DNA of 28,586 nucleotides. It comes from a virus (Duplodnaviria > Caudoviricetes). Location: positions 1 through 28,586 of the IMG/VR virus record IMGVR_UViG_3300020043_002719, one strand, 5' to 3'. The notes under the pieces were generated by a model. It saw only the letters and a program-made list of their open reading frames with translations. It made no database searches and was not told where the DNA came from. Shown here piece by piece: positions 26,407-28,586 of this stretch. Position numbers and translations under genes: made by a program. Position 1 is the stretch's first letter; every line of letters begins with the position of its first letter.

Positions 26407-26408
26407 AT
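25296..26408 (-). CDS. Overlapping-frame (beta-like) methyltransferase polypeptide carrying motif IX
   Basis: 370 codons open in an alternative frame; four W(P/A)T repeats and LNPRWVETLMGLPIGWT; TAATG-coupled start. Confidence 0.72.
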   Translation of the reverse strand: MWILPKQLHTSVFVPDTEALNLDSNESSQICAQSLFVRSRPSPARTWSQKWRRDSWTQHLFGRILKPSHGQSFVERWTSSLADIPANHSLPQESEQARTTQDTSGLGSQMGFDFFNQECASLKTSKDTFRWDSPASSAIWKSWVTRCRGEYSQRVKSARLISASGCLSWPTISVNESKNSIGGSQMNRNSIPLATMAAMFGQADQANNSTIGNRQESWPTARSMDGLINESLETWTARRDRKQAEGINLHRPLPIAVMQEQKQWATPRSCSAMAATITAESANNLKRFPNLETQVGKAWATPTARDHKSGRGNEEREYKELTPMVERTQRGKLNPRWVETLMGLPIGWTMPSCTSPVTIAQTNCDSSEME

Positions 26409-26704
26409 TATTGTTTGTTTTCGGTTTCAAGAAATCCCTCCAGTACATTGCTTGCCTTGAGCGCGAACCAAGGTTCGTGTTCGACTAGGTAGCGTACCCG
26501 GTCCCTAGCGTTCACCACGGTGTAGTGGTAGCGGTTGAATCTGCGTGCGGTGGCTGCATGGGTGTCGTTGTCGCTCCAGATCGCCATTGCAAGCATCCGC
26601 GCCAGTGATGGGTTGGATGTCCTGGCTGGAGACAGGATCTCCTCGACGGTCGTGCCGAATTCCTCCGCGCAGATACCCAACAGTCGTTTGAATTCATCGT
26701 CCAT
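26408..26704 (-). CDS. Stand-alone DnaA C-terminal (domain IV)-like HTH protein
   Basis: EEFGTTVEEILSPAR...ARMLAM...RRFNRYHYTVVNA matches the DnaA domain IV pattern (RDHxTV). Confidence 0.75.
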   Translation of the reverse strand: MDDEFKRLLGICAEEFGTTVEEILSPARTSNPSLARMLAMAIWSDNDTHAATARRFNRYHYTVVNARDRVRYLVEHEPWFALKASNVLEGFLETENKQ

Positions 26705-26879
26705 AGGTACGGTTCCAGTGCAGAAGTTCTTTGGCTTGCTCCCGTGGGATTCTGATCACTGCTGGACCAACGTATAGATCTGCGGCGAACTTAAGCCCAT
26801 TGCGGCATCGTGAAGTCACAAGATGCGTTGACCTATCCAGCCGGTATTGGTTAGTGGTTCTTGCTCTGTAGATTTTCAT
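26694..26879 (-). CDS. Hypothetical protein
   Basis: ATGA-coupled, AC-rich leader. Confidence 0.65.
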   Translation of the reverse strand: MKIYRARTTNQYRLDRSTHLVTSRCRNGLKFAADLYVGPAVIRIPREQAKELLHWNRTYGR

Positions 26880-27145
26880 TGGTTCGTGTTCTTACTCAGT
26901 GCGTCGAGTAGTTTGTGGATTGCGTTGTGTGAGATCGAGGCGTTCCTCCGTACCATGTCGCACCAGTACGATGCGCTGATGCCGGTGAGTGCCGCTAGGT
27001 GTCTTGGTTTGAGTTCGTGTTGTTCTTTGATGTCCTGCAAAAGTTGGATTGATCGACCTATATAAGACTCTTTTTTGGTGTTCCAACTGGTCTGTTCATC
27101 CGACCAGTTCTTGAGTAGTGACCGTAGTTCATCATGGGTAGTCAT
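26876..27145 (-). CDS. XRE/Cro-like HTH protein
   Basis: IKEQHELKPRHLAALTGISASYWCDMVR. Confidence 0.7.
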   Translation of the reverse strand: MTTHDELRSLLKNWSDEQTSWNTKKESYIGRSIQLLQDIKEQHELKPRHLAALTGISASYWCDMVRRNASISHNAIHKLLDALSKNTNQ

Positions 27146-27473
27146 GCCTGGTGTCCTCAAGGTAGCTCTCCCTGATGTCATTCCACTCCGGCGAGTCAAT
27201 CGGGATTGGGACGTTAAGCTCGATCCCGAGGATCTCTGCGGACTCCAGTGCCATGCCGAGGTTCATCCACGGGTGCGCCTTGTCGAACGCGTAGTCGAGC
27301 CGCCAGCAGGACTCAAGCGTGGACCTGCGTTGGTAGTCGAGACACCGCTTATCACTGGTCACATCTAGCAGGTAGTCCGCGACCTCCTGTGCTTGCTCCT
27401 GGGCCATGCACGGTGGGCATCCGAGGTCCACAAGCAGGCATGCGATTCGGTTTATGTGTGGGTCGATGGTCAT
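27132..27473 (-). CDS. Hypothetical protein
   Basis: ATGA-coupled ORF tiling the early operon. Confidence 0.6.
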   Translation of the reverse strand: MTIDPHINRIACLLVDLGCPPCMAQEQAQEVADYLLDVTSDKRCLDYQRRSTLESCWRLDYAFDKAHPWMNLGMALESAEILGIELNVPIPIDSPEWNDIRESYLEDTRHDYP

Positions 27474-27754
27474 TGGTTTGTGTCTAATGTTGCGAAGTAT
27501 TCAAATTCTCTCCTGTTTTGATCCTCCCACTTCTGGGTATTCTTCTTCATGCGCTGGATCTGGTCATCCGAAATGATCATCCAGTGACCGGCATCCCTCG
27601 CGGTGACGTAGCAGTCTGGATCTCCGACTGTGCCGCAGAACGAGCATTCTGGGCAGATGCAGCGATGGTCCGGTTCGCCGCAGATCCAGCAATAGCAGTC
27701 CTCATCTGGAGGTCCAGAACATCCTGGGGGATAGCTCCATCCGAAAATTCCCAT
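27470..27754 (-). CDS. Cys-rich putative zinc-binding protein
   Basis: GWSYPPGC...CYCWIC...CICPECSFC...GDPDC; ATG 27754 follows an AC-rich leader. Confidence 0.7.
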   Translation of the reverse strand: MGIFGWSYPPGCSGPPDEDCYCWICGEPDHRCICPECSFCGTVGDPDCYVTARDAGHWMIISDDQIQRMKKNTQKWEDQNRREFEYFATLDTNQ

Positions 27755-27803
27755 TGGTTCGTGTGGTTTGTGGTTTACCGGGGATCGGACCCGGCTTTGT
27801 TTA

Positions 27804-28148
27804 TCAGAGCATCCCCTTGTCAATCTTGGCAGCGTACTCCTTAAGGGATTGCGATGCACGGTGGAGAATATCTTCGCGGAGTTTCCACGCCTGATCCTTA
27901 GCTTCCTGGATCAGCTTCTCGCAATACTTCTTCGTTTCCGCTTCTGTCTTGCGTGCATCCTCACGGGCCTTGATGACCATCTCTTTAGCTTCTGAGATGG
28001 ACACCGCAGCGGTCCCCACTGGGTAGTCCGATCGGATGTCCATCTGGATGAACGGGATTTGCTCGTTGAGCCATGTTCCCGCGTAGGAATCAGGGCCGAG
28101 CTTGTTTGCTGCGTCGATCAGGATTTCGATTTCTTGGTTCTTGGTCAT
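27804..28148 (-). CDS. Hypothetical coiled-coil protein
   Basis: ATG 28148 follows gaaccgtaaaccgaaacacacc. Confidence 0.7.
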   Translation of the reverse strand: MTKNQEIEILIDAANKLGPDSYAGTWLNEQIPFIQMDIRSDYPVGTAAVSISEAKEMVIKAREDARKTEAETKKYCEKLIQEAKDQAWKLREDILHRASQSLKEYAAKIDKGML

Positions 28149-28179
28149 GGTGTGTTTCGGTTTACGGTTCAGGAAAGAT

Positions 28180-28431
28180 TCAGACCCAGCCAATGGCGAC
28201 CTGTTTGTAGTCGTTGAGGTTCTCACTGGGGTAGCTTGCCAGCATCCATTGCTGCCACCCTGCTTTGTACTTGCTGTAAGCCTTTCGAGCGTCCTCGATC
28301 GAGGCACAGAACACCGCGAAGCCGCATGGCTTGTCGAGGTCTTCAAAGTGCAAGGCAATGGTCAAGCCCGAGCGGATCGCGGCGATCATCTGGCTTGCGG
28401 TTGACTGGGTTCCGGTGGTTACGGTTTGCAT
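28180..28431 (-). CDS. Hypothetical protein, first gene after the right-end promoter
   Basis: ATG 28431 follows gaaccgtaaaccacaacacgct. Confidence 0.65.
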   Translation of the reverse strand: MQTVTTGTQSTASQMIAAIRSGLTIALHFEDLDKPCGFAVFCASIEDARKAYSKYKAGWQQWMLASYPSENLNDYKQVAIGWV

Positions 28432-28466
28432 AGCGTGTTGTGGTTTACGGTTCGGGTTACGGGTGA

Positions 28467-28494
28467 AGAATGGTCTGGATTTCGTGGCAATCAA
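28467..28494 (-). promoter_or_regulatory. Putative early promoter
   Basis: TTGATT-16 nt-CATTCT with A-tract-rich upstream sequence. Confidence 0.5.
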
Positions 28495-28586
28495 GAAAAT
28501 TCTGTGCTTTTGTGAAGATTTTTTCGTGCATCGTTTGCACTTTGATTGTGGTCATATAGGGGGATAAATTTCCATGCGGTTTCTAC

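Noticed and set aside
26399-26407. gtatccaca as a DnaA box next to the DnaA-IV-like gene
   Set aside because: A single 8/9 match; the same 9-mer occurs inside the fibre gene and there is no cluster.
27800-27823. - strand TTGACA as a promoter
   Set aside because: No acceptable -10 at 16-18 nt spacing.
18818-28455. Recurring GT-rich motifs as a CRISPR-like or tandem array
   Set aside because: They are irregularly spaced, degenerate and always adjacent to start codons, so they are leaders.
1-28586. tRNA, rRNA, integrase, intron or stop-codon recoding
   Set aside because: None recognised by eye; genes tile densely under the standard code. tRNAscan-SE and Infernal were not run.

Overview
Part of a tailed dsDNA phage genome, probably podovirus-like. 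The + strand (~0.5-17.3 kb) is the virion and lysis arm: a large internal-virion-like protein, small and large terminase, portal, several tiny basic proteins, scaffold, SU10-type major capsid, adaptor, fibre, two holin-like proteins, a metallophosphoesterase and an M15 endolysin. The - strand (17.3-28.5 kb) is the early/replication arm: DnaC-like ATPase, HNH-AP2 endonuclease, MazG, RuvC-like resolvase, SSB-like, RecE/RecT-like pair, C5 methyltransferase, a DnaA domain-IV-like protein and many small ORFs. Main observations: (1) a candidate ~90-nt small RNA at 9.3-9.4 kb, bounded by a possible promoter and a clear terminator, whose GU-rich core is complementary to the AC-rich leaders and start codons of the early genes; (2) a C5 methyltransferase split across two fully overlapping same-strand frames that start from one TAATGTG junction; (3) nested palindromes over the capsid-operon promoter; (4) an inverted duplication at the left end that holds the true N-terminus of the large protein and is probably an amplification or assembly chimera. 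All family calls come from motif recognition by eye; no searches were run.
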